Below are positions 13,197 through 25,752 of a stretch of DNA of 64,000 nucleotides, one piece after another. The stretch spans positions 26,350,001 to 26,414,000 of the forward strand of contig NC_043004.1 of the NCBI RefSeq assembly GCF_006345805.1. The letters run 5' to 3'. The notes under the pieces were generated by a model. The model did not search any database. It was given only the letters and a program-made list of their open reading frames with translations, and was not told the DNA's origin. The stretch is from Octopus sinensis. Lineage: Eukaryota. Each line of letters begins with the position of its first letter. Within the stretch, counting starts at the first letter, position 1. Made by a program: the position numbers and the translations under genes.

Positions 13197-13536
13197 TGCT
13201 GAGACCCCCTTTGGTCATAACTGACAATGGAATTGCACCTAGAAAGTTACCCTCCCAGGTACAAGTCTGAGCAAGGTTGTTTATGGAAGACCAGCAGTCG
13301 CCCATGCATACCGGCCTCCCCTCTCTACGCCACCAGTGTTATCCAAGGGAAAGGCAAAGGCCGATACAGCTTGGCACCTGCGACGTCGCAACTCATTTCT
13401 ATAGCTGAGTGAACTGGAGCAATGTGAAATAAAGTGTCTTGCTCAAGAACACAACACGCAGCCCAATCTGGGATTCGAACTCACAACCTCACGATCGTAA
13501 GCTCGACACTCTAACCACTGAGCCATGTGCCTTCAC
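13197..13536 (-). mobile_element. tRNA(Arg)-like SINE (OR1/OR2-like)
   Basis: Head tggctcagtggttagag..ttacgat..gagttcgaatccc carries A and B boxes, followed by cttgagcaagacacttt core. Confidence 0.8.
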
Positions 13537-13899
13537 ATATCACCAGTGGTGTAGGAAATAGGTTATTGAACAAACTTGAACAGTCTCCAGAAATGCTGCA
13601 AACAATTACATGAGTACCAACACCTAAGTATCAAGTACAACAGAGTGTTGGCACACCTATCATCCAAACCCCTACCTTGAATATCACCAAGATGACCTTA
13701 TGGCAGTGCTGATTCCAGCAGGTGCTGAGGAATCTAAACCACCAACTTACTAACAGTGTGGTTACTGGCATTATGTTAGGTGGTGTTCCTACAAAAAGCA
13801 CAGTTGCTCAGTTTGCAAACAATGTTAGCACATGAAAATGCCAGTACCGAGCTAAGAAGTTGAACAGAACAGTAGTTAGCAACAATCAACTTCCTGTCT

Positions 13900-15870
13900 T
13901 TAGATGATGTTTGCAACAATTGATGATAATTTTGAGGCATACTGGAAGTTTATGGACCGACGTCTTCTCTGATGACACCACTTCGAAGCAGGGATGATAA
14001 AGAACTTCTTCGTGATTCACAAGGAATTCTGCGATGGTAGCAAGAACACTTTGATGAACTTTTGAATCAGTAGTCTGTAGTTAGTGAGGATGTTCTCAAT
14101 CTCATCCCTGGATTACCCATGAAGGCAGCACTCGCAGAACCACCAAAGTTGGAGGAAGTTGCAGTGGCTGTCTCAAGGATGAATGATGGGAAATCTCCGG
14201 GTATGGATAGCATACATGCGGAGTTGTTACAGCATGGCGGTGAGAAACTTCTGCAGTAACTTCACTCTTTGTTTGGTAAGATATGGACTAGTGAATCTGT
14301 ACCTGAGGACTGGAGAGATACAGTAACTGTGGTCTTGAATAAGGGAAAGGGTAACAGGAATGATTGTGGTAACTATAGGGGAATATCATTGCTTTCTATC
14401 ATAGGAAAGGTTTTATGCAGAGTACTTCTGGATTGTCTGCTGAAGCACGTTGCAGATTGTGTTTTTCCAGAAAGTCAATCTAGCTTTCATGTGGGATGTG
14501 GCACTGCTGATATGATCTTTTCAGCTAGATAGCTTCAGGAGAAGTGTGTGGAACAGGGTCTGGATTTGTATCAGGTTTTTGTCGATCTGACAAAAGCCTT
14601 TGATACCATTAATAGAAAAGCATTGTGGAAAGTCCTCCAGAAACTTGGCTGTCCTCAAAAGTTCCTTGCTTTGGTTAGGTCTTTTCATGAAGACATGAAG
14701 GGTAGGGTTAATGTTAGAGGGGAAAATGTCAGAGCCCATTTCAATACAAAATGGAGTGAAACGGGGAGATATTCTGGCACTGACCCTATTTGCCATATAT
14801 TTTGTGATGGTTTTCTATATTGCATTCAGAAACTGTAGATATGGTGTTTACATCCATTATCGGACCTCTAGCAGCATATTTAATATCAGGTGCTTTGCTG
14901 CAAAAACAAAGGTATTTACCTCTATCATAAGAGACCTTTTGTATGCAGATGATTGTGATCTAGTAGCGCACACAGAGATTGATATGCAACACATTTTGAA
15001 TGCACTCTCTGATGCTTGCACTGCCTTAGGATTGACAGTGAGTCTCAAGAAAACTGTTGTCATGTACCAAACTGCCCCTGGTAAGCAGTATAGTGTACCA
15101 AATATCTATGTGTATGGTAAACGACTTGATGTAGTTGATCAGTTTGTCTACCTGGGAAGCACTGTTAATAGATTTAGCAATTTGGATGATGAAATTCCAC
15201 ACATAATTAGGAAAGCAAGTGATCCTTTCGGAAGGCTAGAAAGGCGCCTCTGGAGTCGGCGAGACATATGCAGAAAGACAAAGATAAAGGTGTACAAGGC
15301 ATGTGTGCTCCCTTCTCTTCTCTATATGAGACGTGGGTCTCATATCGATACCACTTTAAACAACTGGAACGTTTCCATCAGATGTGTCTCAGACGGATCT
15401 ATGGCATTAAGTGTGAGGACCGCATCAGTGATCTTGAAATATTGGAAGGCTCTTGGTGTGAAAGTATAGAAGCTCTTATGTTAAAGCAAAGGCTCAGATG
15501 GAGGAGTGGTCAGGATGAAGGATTCAAGGATGCCAAAACGACTCTTTTATGGGGAGTTAGCTAAAGGAGAACGACCCCCACATAAACCAAAAAAGAGGTA
15601 TAAGGACTTGCTGAAGGCTTCCTTATGAAATGCTTGTATTTCTCCTGACACATCGGAGGGCATAGCTATTGAGGGGACAGCTACTTTTGAGAAATCTCGA
15701 GTTGTGCATGAGAAAGTAAGGAGGTGATGTCAGGAAGGGCATCGCTGTTACACTTCCAGGTGGGAAGTGTCTTCCTATGATGCTGACATGCAGTGTCTGT
15801 GCAAGACCCTGCCTCAGTAAAGCTGGACTCAAGAGTCATCTTCGTAGTCATAAAGCGAGACAGATGAGTG
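13900..15870 (+). mobile_element. RTE (BovB-like) LINE, RT region with C-terminal C2H2 finger, disrupted
   Basis: KSPGMD, KGKGNRNDCGNYRGISLL, FVDLTKAFD, GVKRGD, LLYADD, YLGS, then CSVCARPCLSKAGLKSHLRSH at about 15790-15852. Confidence 0.9.
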
Positions 15871-15914
15871 ACAACCTGGCCACTGGTGGTGTTACACACC
15901 ATACTAATCATGTC

Positions 15915-17305
15915 TGTCAGGCATGTGGAGAAACTCTATAAGATGTACCCAGTGTAAGCTATGGACACATAAGAGGTGCAGTAATATCAAAGGAAGGCTA
16001 ACTGGGAAGATAGTTTTTGTATGTGGCAGATGCTCGGGAGTGATAAACACTGAAAATGCACAGAAACCAACTTCTGCCACATTCCAGGGAGAAAAACTAG
16101 AAGTAGTTGATAGCTTCCATTATCTAGATGACCAAGTCAGTAGCGGAGGACGGTGCGCTGAAAGTGTAGCTGCTAGAATAAGAATAGCTTGGGCAAAGTT
16201 CAGAGAGATCTTACCTCTGCTGGTGACAAAGGGCCTCTCGCTCAGAGTAAAAGTAGACTGTATGATGCATGTGTACGAACAGCTATGCTACACAGCTGTG
16301 AAACATGGGCTGTGACTGCTGAGGAGATGTGTAAGCTCGCAAGGAATGAAGCCAGTATGATCCGATGGATGTGTAATGTCAGTGTGCTTACTCGACAGAG
16401 TGTAAGTACCTTGAGAGCAAAGTTGAACCTAAGAAGCATGAGATGTGATGTGCAAGAAAGACGTTTGCGCTGGTATGGTCATGTGGCGAGAATGGATGAG
16501 GATAGCTGTGTGAAAAAGTGCCACATCCTTGCGGTTGAGGGAACCTGCGGAAGAGGTAGACCCAGGAAGACCTGGGATGAAGTGGTGAAGCACGACCTTC
16601 GAACATTAGGCCTCACCAAGGAAATGACTAGCAACTGAGACTTTTGGAAATATGCTGTGCTCGAGAAGACCCGGCAACCCAAATGAGACCATAACCTGTG
16701 GCATATGCCAGGAGCATAACCAGCCCGCTTATGTATACCTTTTCCTTCTTTGGACACTAAACTCTGCTTGCGAAGACCTGTTGAGGCAAGTGAAATCAAA
16801 ATCAATTCGATGATTGGCATCCATGCTAGCAGGGTGCAAAGGGCACCATACGAGTGTGATCGTTGACAGAGCGGCTATTCGAGTATGATCGATACCAGTG
16901 TCGCCTTACTGGCACTTGTGCCTGTGCTAATAGGGTGCCAAGAGCACCATCCGAGCGTGATTGTTGCCAGAACAGCCAACTGTCTTCCGTACACGTGGCA
17001 CGTAAAAAGGCACCATTCGAGTGTGATCGTTACCAACGTCGCTTCACTGGCACCTGTGCTAGTGGCACGTGTAAAAAGATTCAAGCGAGATCATTGCCAG
17101 TACCGCCTGACTGGCCCCCGTGCCGGTGGCACGTAAAGAGCACCCACTACACTCTCGGAGTGGTTGGCATTAGGAAGGGCATCCAGCTGTAGAAATTCTG
17201 CCGGATCAAGATTGGAGCCTGATGCAGCCATCTGGTTCGCCAGCTATCAGTCAATATCGTCCAGCCCATGCTAGCATGGAAAGCGGACGTTAAACGATGA
17301 TGATA
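15915..17305 (+). mobile_element. Second RTE-type LINE, 5'-truncated: Cys-rich finger, RT thumb, structured 3' UTR, (GAT)n tail
   Basis: CTQCKLWTHKRC..CGRC, VDSFHYL, AWAKFRE, RRLRWYGHV, GRGRPRKTW, then a 3' UTR with repeat units. Confidence 0.9.
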
Positions 17306-17319
17306 TATATATACATATA

Positions 17320-17852
17320 TATATCCATTCGTGTCCGTTGCCAGCCTCGCCAGGCCCCCGTGCCGGTGACACGTAAAAGCACCATCCGTTTCGTGGCTGT
17401 TTGCCAGCTCTGTCTGGGCCTCGTGTTGGTGGCACGTAAAAGCACCATCCGGTCGTGTCCATTGCCAGCCTCGCCTGGCCCCCGTGCCGGTGACACGTAA
17501 AAGCACCATCCGTTTCGTGGCCGTTTGCCAGCTCTGTCTGGCCCCGTGTTGGTGGCACGTAAAAGCACCATCCGTTCGTGTCCGTTGCCAGCCTCGCCTG
17601 GCCCCTGTGCCGGTAACACGTAAAAGCACCATCCGTTCGTGGCCGTTTGCCAGCTCTGTCTGGCACCTGTGCGGGTGGCACATAAAAAGCACCCACTACA
17701 CTCACGGAGTGGTTGGCGTTAGGAAGGGCATCCAGCCATAGAAACACTGCCAGATCTGACTGGGCCTGATGAAGCCTTCCAGCTTCACATATCCCAGTTG
17801 AACCGTCCAACCCATGCTAGCATGGAGAACGGAAGCTAAATGATGATGATGA

Positions 17853-17855
<3 letters not shown>
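17320..17855 (+). mobile_element. RTE-type 3' end with about 7 alternating A/B tandem units of about 60 bp
   Basis: Units alternate gccagcctcgcctggc and gccagctctgtctggc hairpins. Confidence 0.85.
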
Positions 17856-17897
<42 letters not shown>

Positions 17898-17898
17898 A

Positions 17899-17979
<81 letters not shown>

Positions 17980-18069
17980 ATATCGTCATCATCATAAAGC
18001 GGATGCTAAATGATGATGATGATATACACATACATATATATGTATATATATATGTATGTATATATATAT

Positions 18070-18116
<47 letters not shown>

Positions 18117-18209
18117 ATATATATACACATACATACATACATATATATACACATATATATACATATATATATACATACATATATCTATGTATATATATAT
18201 ATGTATGTA

Positions 18210-18530
18210 TATCATCATCATCATCATCATTTAGCGTCCGCTTTCCATGCTAGCATGGGTTGGACGGTTCAACTGGGGTCTGTGAAGCCAGAAGGCTGCA
18301 TCAGGCCCAGTCTGATCTGGCAGTGTTTCTACGGCTGAATGCCCTTCCTAACGCCAACCACTCCGTGAGTGTAGTGGGTGCTTTTTACGTGCCACCTGCA
18401 CAGGTGCCAGATGGAGCTGGCAAACGGCCACGGATGGATGGTGCTTTTTACGTGCCACCGGCACGGGGGCCAGGCGAGGCTGGCAACTGTCACGATCGGA
18501 TGGTGCTTTTTACGTGCCACCGGCACGGGA
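18210..18530 (-). mobile_element. Inverted copy of the same RTE 3'-end subfamily as 17320-17855
   Basis: Shares the diagnostic ccagatcagactgggcctgatg..cttcac variant in reverse orientation. Confidence 0.85.
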
Positions 18531-18625
<95 letters not shown>

Positions 18626-18658
18626 TATATATATATATATACATATATTATATATACC

Positions 18659-18689
<31 letters not shown>

Positions 18690-18761
18690 CATATATATCC
18701 ATATATATGTGTATATATATATATGTATATATATTGTGTATATATATATATGTATATAATA

Positions 18762-18795
<34 letters not shown>

Positions 18796-18988
18796 AATAT
18801 ATATGTATATGTATATGTATATATAATATATATGTATATATATATGTATATGTATATATAAATATATATGTGTATATATATGTGTATATAACGGGAAGCT
18901 TTATGAAAATAAACAAAAGACGAAGGCAGGTGGAAAACAAACGAACAATTGTATTAGTATGGCGCTCAGGAAATATAAATAAAACAAG

Positions 18989-19026
18989 TCTTTAACGTTT
19001 CGAGCCTACGCTCTTCAACAGAAAGA
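18989..19026 (-). ncRNA. Minimal type-I hammerhead ribozyme motif (A6U variant) in a Penelope-like terminal repeat
   Basis: UCUUU-CUGUUGA-A-GAGC gtag GCUC-GAAA-CG-UU-AAAGA: helix I 5 bp, helix II 4 bp, palindromic ACGU helix III. Confidence 0.6.
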
Positions 19027-19814
19027 TACACAGAGAGAGAAAAACACAGAAAGAAGGAGAGAAAAATGCGTGCAGTAGCTAACGAATCAACATGGCGATC
19101 TGATTTCGGCCAGAGGTCAAAGATCAAACATGAGACGCGAGAGCGAAATAAGGGGAGATAATAGGGTTGAGGGCCAGCTAAAAGTGCGTGGGAGGGGTCT
19201 GGATGTGTATGTATAGGGTTGGTGTATGTATTAGTATGTATAAGGGTGTGTGTGTGTGTGTGTGTGTGTATGAGAGAGTATCAGTGCGTGGATTGGTCTG
19301 ACGTGCGTATGTATGGGGTTGGTGTATGTATTAGTATGTATTAGTATGTATTATACGTATTGGTATGTATAGGTGTGTGTGTGTGTGTGTGTGAGAGAGT
19401 ATAAGTGCGTATGCGGGGTCTGGACGTGTGTATGTATAGGTTGGTGTAAGTATATGTATATGTATATATAATATATATGTGTATATGTATATATAAATAT
19501 ATATGTGTATATGTATATATAAATATATATGTGTATATATATATATATATGTGTATATATATATATATATGTGTATATATATATATATATGTGTATATAT
19601 ATATATATATATGTGTATATATATATATATGTGTATATATATATATATGTGTATATATATATATATATGTGTATATATATATATGTGTATATATATATAT
19701 GTGTATATGTATATATATATATGTGTATATATATATATATGTGTATATATATATATATATGTGTGTATATATATATATATGTGTATATTATATATATGTG
19801 TATATATATATATA

Positions 19815-19845
<31 letters not shown>

Positions 19846-19954
19846 GATATTAAATATATATGTGTATATATATATATATATGTATATATAAATATATATG
19901 TGTATATATATATATATGTATATATAATATATATATGTATATATATATGTGTAT

Positions 19955-19995
<41 letters not shown>

Positions 19996-20027
19996 TGTGT
20001 ATGTATATATATGTGAAAATATAAATA

Positions 20028-20950
20028 TCTTTATATATATAAAACTGAGAATGTGTGTCTGTCTGTCTCCCTAAAACTTGAGAACTACACAACCAATTTC
20101 ATTCAAATTTTACACATGCCTTACTTAAGGTCCGGGGAGTGTCATCGGCAAAAAAATCTTAACTTTTTCCCTAGGGCGACCCCACAGCAATATCATATCT
20201 TCTCCACTATTTCAGTATTACGTGTTAAAAGTGAAGGAAAAACATCTTTCTTTTGTAATGCAGACACTTTCATTTTAATACTGAAACTATTAAAGTGAAA
20301 GTATTATATAACAGGGTTGAACCATTAACAAGTGGTCATCCATTTTGCTAGAAGAAGATCCGCTATGGTCTTATATGCTACACCACTGGTTTTCAATTCA
20401 TATTAATCAAATTAATATTCAATTTTTCACCCTTATTTTGTGTGTGTGTGTGTGTGTGTATTAGCAATTCATATAAAATTGCATCAATGACTTCAAAGGT
20501 TTGTTGTTATTATTACTGTTTGACTATTGTAATCACATTTGTTGCTTCCTCGTCAGGGAAACGTTGTGTTGCATTTGTTAAATAATTGTAAACTGTAACC
20601 CTCCCCCTTTGGTTATTGTTTAAAAATTGAATTGTGTCCCTGTTTGGGGAAATTGACAATATTTTCACCGTCTTTACAGAAGCATTTTTGTTAAAATGCC
20701 TTCAATAGAAGAAAGTCCAAAAATGAAATTTGCTGCAGCCCTACACTTCTATACAAGAGGGAGGACAAGATCTAATTGATCGAAATTGCAAGAGACGGGC
20801 CTACAATTCCAGTCTGTTATATACTTTGAGTATTGTTATCACTAGCGATATCAAGATATAACTTTGTATTTTGTATTTTATGTGTAGATGTATATATAGA
20901 TGTACATGTAATATGTACACATATATATACACATATATACATGCATAATA
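20028..20950 (+). mobile_element. Non-autonomous Helitron, 5' end intact (A|TC), internally deleted, 3' terminus not seen
   Basis: a|tctttatatatataaaactgagaatgtgtgtctgtctgtc start; 20500-20940 is homologous to the reverse complement of 39240-40043. Confidence 0.7.
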
Positions 20951-21169
20951 TATCTACCCATACACACACACACACATACATAGGGGCAGGTGTGGCTGTG
21001 TGGTAACAAACTACGTTCCAAACACATGGTCTTGGGTTCAGTCCACTGTGTGGTGACTTGGCATGTGTCTTCTGCTGTAGCCTCAGACCGACAAAAGCCT
21101 TCTCAGTGGATTTTGTACATATATACAGGCATACATACATATATATACATGCATACGTATATATTCGGC

Positions 21170-22284
21170 ATAAACACTGTACCACTACAACTAATAACTG
21201 TTGGGAACACTTTCAAACCTGCCTTACGTTCGAACCGGAATCTCAACGCCCGAGTTTTCCATCTGAAGTTAATCTCTCTCATGGAACTCATACAAAAAGG
21301 GCAAGTCTTTGGGCCCATACAATGTGACATGTACACAATCGACTGGCAAAAAAAGGGCCTTCCACATGCTCATATCCTGCTTTGGCTCTCAGCGAAGATC
21401 AATTCCAATGACATCGACAACATAATCTCTGCAGAGCTTCCTGATCCAGCTTTAGACAAAGAACTATACGAAATAGTTAAAGCAAACATGGTACATGGTC
21501 CATGGCATGGATTCAACATAAACTCACCATGCTTGAAGGACAGCATATGTTCAAAAAGATTTCCAAGGAGGTTCCTACAAGAAACTCAGACAGGTGCTGA
21601 TGGGTATCCATCATACAGACGCAGAAAACCAGAAGACGGAGGTTTCACAGCAACTATCGGACAGCATGATATTGATAATAGATGGATTGTTCCATACTGC
21701 CCACTCCTGTCAAAGACTTTCAATGCCCACATCAACGTTGAGTTTTGCAACTCCGTTAAATCCATCAAGTACGTTTGCAAATATGTAAACAAGGGTTCTG
21801 ACGCTGCAATGTTTGGATTTCAGCAAGAATACTGCCAGGATGAGGTGACGCATTATCAGGTGGGACGGTACATAAGTAGCAATGAGGTTTTCTGGCGCAT
21901 CTTTGGATTTCCAATTCACCAACGACACCCCGCCATTCAACAGCTTGCAGTGCACCTGGAAAATGGTCAAAGAGTGTACTTCACCGATGCTAATGCTTCT
22001 CTCAGAGGAACCAAGGGATAGCACACTCACTGCATTCTTCAAGCTTTGTCAAGTGGATCCATTCGTTCAACTTGCTGTATCCACAGATTCCATCGTACTA
22101 CACTTGGATAGGAAAAAAATGGGCCCCACGGAAAGCAGGTCAAAATGTTCATGGATACCCTGGCATAAGTTTCACACTTGCCCTGGCGAGTATACACAGT
22201 GCATCCCACTCAACAAGAGTGCTTTACCTTTGTCTACTACTGCATGAGGTCAGAGGCCAACGTCTTTCCAGGCCCTAAAAGCTG

Positions 22285-22285
<1 letters not shown>
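21170..22285 (+). mobile_element. Helitron Rep domain fragment
   Basis: YTIDWQKKGLPHAHILLWL, MVHGP, IDNRWIVPY, HINVEFC, IKYVCKYVNKGSD, RYISSNE..WRIFGF..H, HLENGQ are canonical HUH/Y2 Rep motifs; frameshifted after 22021. Confidence 0.95.
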
Positions 22286-22333
<48 letters not shown>

Positions 22334-22349
22334 CTTAGTGCATGGGCAC

Positions 22350-22950
22350 TAAGTTTTAACGTTCTAGCTCACTTTTGCTGTTTACAGCAGTGCTTAGAAG
22401 GGAAGGTGTGTAGCATGTGATTGTCACATTAACCATGACAGAGACAGTTATCATGGCAATACCTGCTCAGAGGCCTATGCAAAGTTGCAGAAAGTGTATG
22501 GAGAGGAGTGTATGAGCCGCACACAAGTGTACGAGTCATTCAAACGTTTCCAAGGTGGCTGAAAAAATGTTGATTTTGATGAACATTCTGGGAGACCCAC
22601 AACCAGCGGAACTGAGAAAAACATCACAAATGTGCATGTAGCTGTGAGGGAAGTCATTGAATCACCATCCATGAATTATCAGAGGATGTGCAGATTAGTT
22701 ATGGTTCAGTCCAGTCCTTTACTACTGAAGATTTGGGTATGAGACACGTGTCTGCCTAGTTTGTGCCAAAACTGCTTTCAGCTGACCAAAAGGACACTCA
22801 GGGTTCAGTTGCACAAGGTCTCCTTGATTGTGTCGAGAACAATGAAAACTTTGCATAGGCCTCTGAGCAGGTATTGCCAAGCTTTAGGCAAAATTTGATG
22901 CAAATTCTCTGCTCAACTTTCTCACAGTATGTTGTTTGTTGACTAGGATG
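22350..22950 (+). mobile_element. Internally deleted mariner element
   Basis: AYAKLQKVYGEECMSRTQVYE.FKRF..G, DEHSGRPTT, LGMRHVSA.FVPKLL; catalytic region deleted. Confidence 0.8.
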
Positions 22951-23049
22951 TAGTCAATCTAATTTTTGTGCTGAGAGTTTGGGGTTGTCCAGGTCCACCT
23001 CTTTTCAAATTACTTCCTAAACAGGCTGTTCCCAGTGTAAAGCTTATAC

Positions 23050-23800
23050 ACCTCTACCTTGCTGAACAACATTCTCCTCTTTCATATTTCTCTCCTGATT
23101 CAAACTTTCCAATATATTTCTTTCCCCTACAGCTCCTTCCCAACCTTTGTTTTGACATCTCCCATCACTACTGTGTAAGTGTTTCCTCTAGCTCTTGGTG
23201 GAATTCTTCCATTTCCTTATTTTGCTAGCACTTGTGGTATGTATGGTATTGAGGGTGATATTTCTTGAGAGATGAATGCACTCCTGTCTGTGATGAAGAC
23301 AATTTGCAAGAGATGATTTTTGAAACCATTGTTTGCTTACAATGAGCCTTGTTTCATCTGTCCATCTTGTATTTATATATTTCCTTCAACATGTTTTGTA
23401 GAATCTTAGCATTTTGCATTTGATCTTCCTTTTCTCCTCCACCTGTATTTGTAGGTACATATAGCAAGGTTTGTTATCTGGTTCCTTGGTGGCCTATGGG
23501 CATCTGAGATTCTTAACTTTAGGTCACACAGATTTCACTCTGCTACTGTGGAACAGGCTAAGTGATCAACAGGATACCGAGTCTCTTTTCCTTGTGTTCT
23601 TTTAGCTTACAAATGATGCCAACCCACTTTCAATTCCGCTGTCTTCCAACCGCTGGTGAATAGACTACTTTTCTGTTTCAGCAAGACAGTCCTTCTGTTG
23701 GTTCAGCATCTTTATAGCTTTCTTGGATCTGCCAGGTCATACACCCAGCTGCCATTGCTATCAAAGTCCCTGCTGCACGACTATGAGTGGTACTGAAGTC
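23050..23800 (-). mobile_element. Very degenerate LINE AP-endonuclease region (RTE-like)
   Basis: Remnants of EMEEFHQELEETL and VVMGD..TKVG on the minus strand with frameshifts. Confidence 0.45.
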
Positions 23801-25228
23801 AGGTTTTTTGTATACATAGATGTTGTAAATATATAATCAATACATATGATACATAGTAAACATATAATCAATATGTTGTATACACATAATTGATATACTG
23901 TATACTCCTAATCAATATATTCATATAACCTATAATTTGTTGAAGATGAGCTCTACACCAATGTCCAGATCGTACAAGACCATATGGTAAAGTTTTTGTA
24001 CAAATATAGTGCATATATACATATTAATATTGTTCATTTATGGTTCATATGTATACATAGATAGTGGACAGTGTAAATACACATACACCAAACCTTTTAA
24101 CTATTGACTAATGGTTTCATTGCATTTTGGTACAAATAAAGACTGAAATCTGATGTCTTATCTTAGTTTTCATAGATATAAATTTGTCATCCTTTCATTT
24201 CTGCTATTGATCTAGCCCCAAATATAAATTTTCAGCAGGCCTTATCTGACAAGGTTGAGAAGAATATTTAATGTTAAATGTCCACTCCATCCACCTAAGT
24301 TTGTGGTCTAGAGACTGTCTTCCAGATTGAGACCAGTAGAGTTTTTGAAATACCCAGTGAAACTAACTGAACCCTTCATCATTTTCATGAGCCCTTTTCC
24401 ATGCTTGCATGTGTCAGATGGAATTTGTTGATGCAGATTTTCCATGGCTAGATGCTCTTCTTGTCACCAACTCCCACCTGTTTCAAGCAAGGTGATACTT
24501 CTCTATGTCCAGACATATTTTCATGGAAAACTGGAAATGAAGGACACTACTTGCATGGCTCTGACACTTGTTTACAACTGTCATGATTTCAAGGCAAGAA
24601 GACAGTAACACACACACAGACATACACGACAGTCTTCTTTCAGTTTCCATCCATCTACCAAATGCACTCACAAGGCTCTAACCAGCCTGGGGCTCTAGTT
24701 GAAGACACTTGCTCAAGATGTTATACAGTGGGATTGAACCTGGAACTATGTAATTGGGAAGCAAACTTATCAGTCATGCCTGTGGTCTGTCTGTCTGTCT
24801 GTTCACGTGCACTCACTCTCTCTCTCTTTTATGGCTGTTCTTTTACAATTGTCTTGTCATTCATTTGAAGATGTTTTGTAAAAGTATGGCTTAGTTGATT
24901 TTTGACAATCATGAAACCTGCTTCAATTTTCAGTCATACTGTTGATTATTTGTTTATTTCTTTTATGAAAGGATGGAGGGAAAATCCCAATGAGAATAAT
25001 GGAAGAAAGGAATTATTCTTAGCTGGAAGTTTAGGACACTGTTAAAGATAGCCAGAGGGCCAGCTTGTGTTAGACCTTGGTGATTTGGTGTCTATAAATT
25101 GAGATGTGGCTTTATAACAAGAATTTGCATTAGCTGGACCAAGATAATCACAGTTGAACTGATTGAAGGCATACTGTATTTTTAGGTATCAACCCTAGTC
25201 CCATTTCTCACCCTCCCAACATGTTTAA

Positions 25229-25449
25229 CCCTTTAGCATCTAAACCAGCCATATCCGGCCAAAATATTCTCCCTTGTTTTATGTTCAAATTGGCCAGATC
25301 TGGCCTTTCACACCAGCCCTACTATATAATTCTAAAAATGAATAGTTACTTCATCAAAATCTCAAAGCTACAAGATAATGCAGGATTAATTTAAAACTAT
25401 GTGAATAAATAAGTATTACTTTTGACAGAATAATGTGAATACTAAAGGG
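25229..25449. mobile_element. piggyBac-type MITE
   Basis: TTAA target duplication (25225-25228, 25450-25453) and CCCTTTAG/CTAAAGGG terminal inverted repeats. Confidence 0.8.
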
Positions 25450-25700
25450 TTAATCTTTATTCTGTTGAAATTCTTTCCATGCAACAGCTCCATCCCGATA
25501 CCATTAATTTCTATGTTGGCATCAATGAAACATCAAATCAGGTTTCACTCCAGTGTAAACCTTCCATTGAACACTTTACCTAATCATTTTCCTAACCTAG
25601 AAGTATATTCCATTGTTGATTAATTAATATCCTCCATTGTTGGTTAATTAATATCATTCAATTAGTGACTAATTTTATATTCTCTATGCTTTCTTCACAG

Positions 25701-25752
25701 GTACGGCGGCCTGCTGTTTATATTTCAACCAAAGACCATCCATACGAACAAG
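25701..25752 (+). CDS. DDA1: DDA1 exon 3 (VRRPAVYISTKDHPYEQ)
   Basis: tttcttcacag acceptor, 52 nt, phase-1 GT donor; matches NRRPSVYLPTREYPSEQ. Confidence 0.93.

Larger units (their letters stand above)
17856..20027. repeat. Large compound (TA)n/(TG)n/(CA)n microsatellite tracts interleaved with TE fragments
   Basis: Direct observation; source of the spurious poly-YI ORFs. Confidence 0.9.

Noticed and set aside
13197-13536. SINE heads as genuine tRNA genes (also 26640-26685, 44600-44678)
   Set aside because: No complete cloverleaf or acceptor stem; they run directly into SINE bodies.
17320-17700. CRISPR-like repeat/spacer appearance of the 60-bp arrays
   Set aside because: The intervening segments are themselves repeated A/B units, the array is a LINE 3' UTR, the context is eukaryotic and no cas genes are present.
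17702-20092. Many long ORFs of poly-(YI/VC/HT)
   Set aside because: Translations of (TA)n/(TG)n/(CA)n microsatellites, which lack stop codons; not genes.
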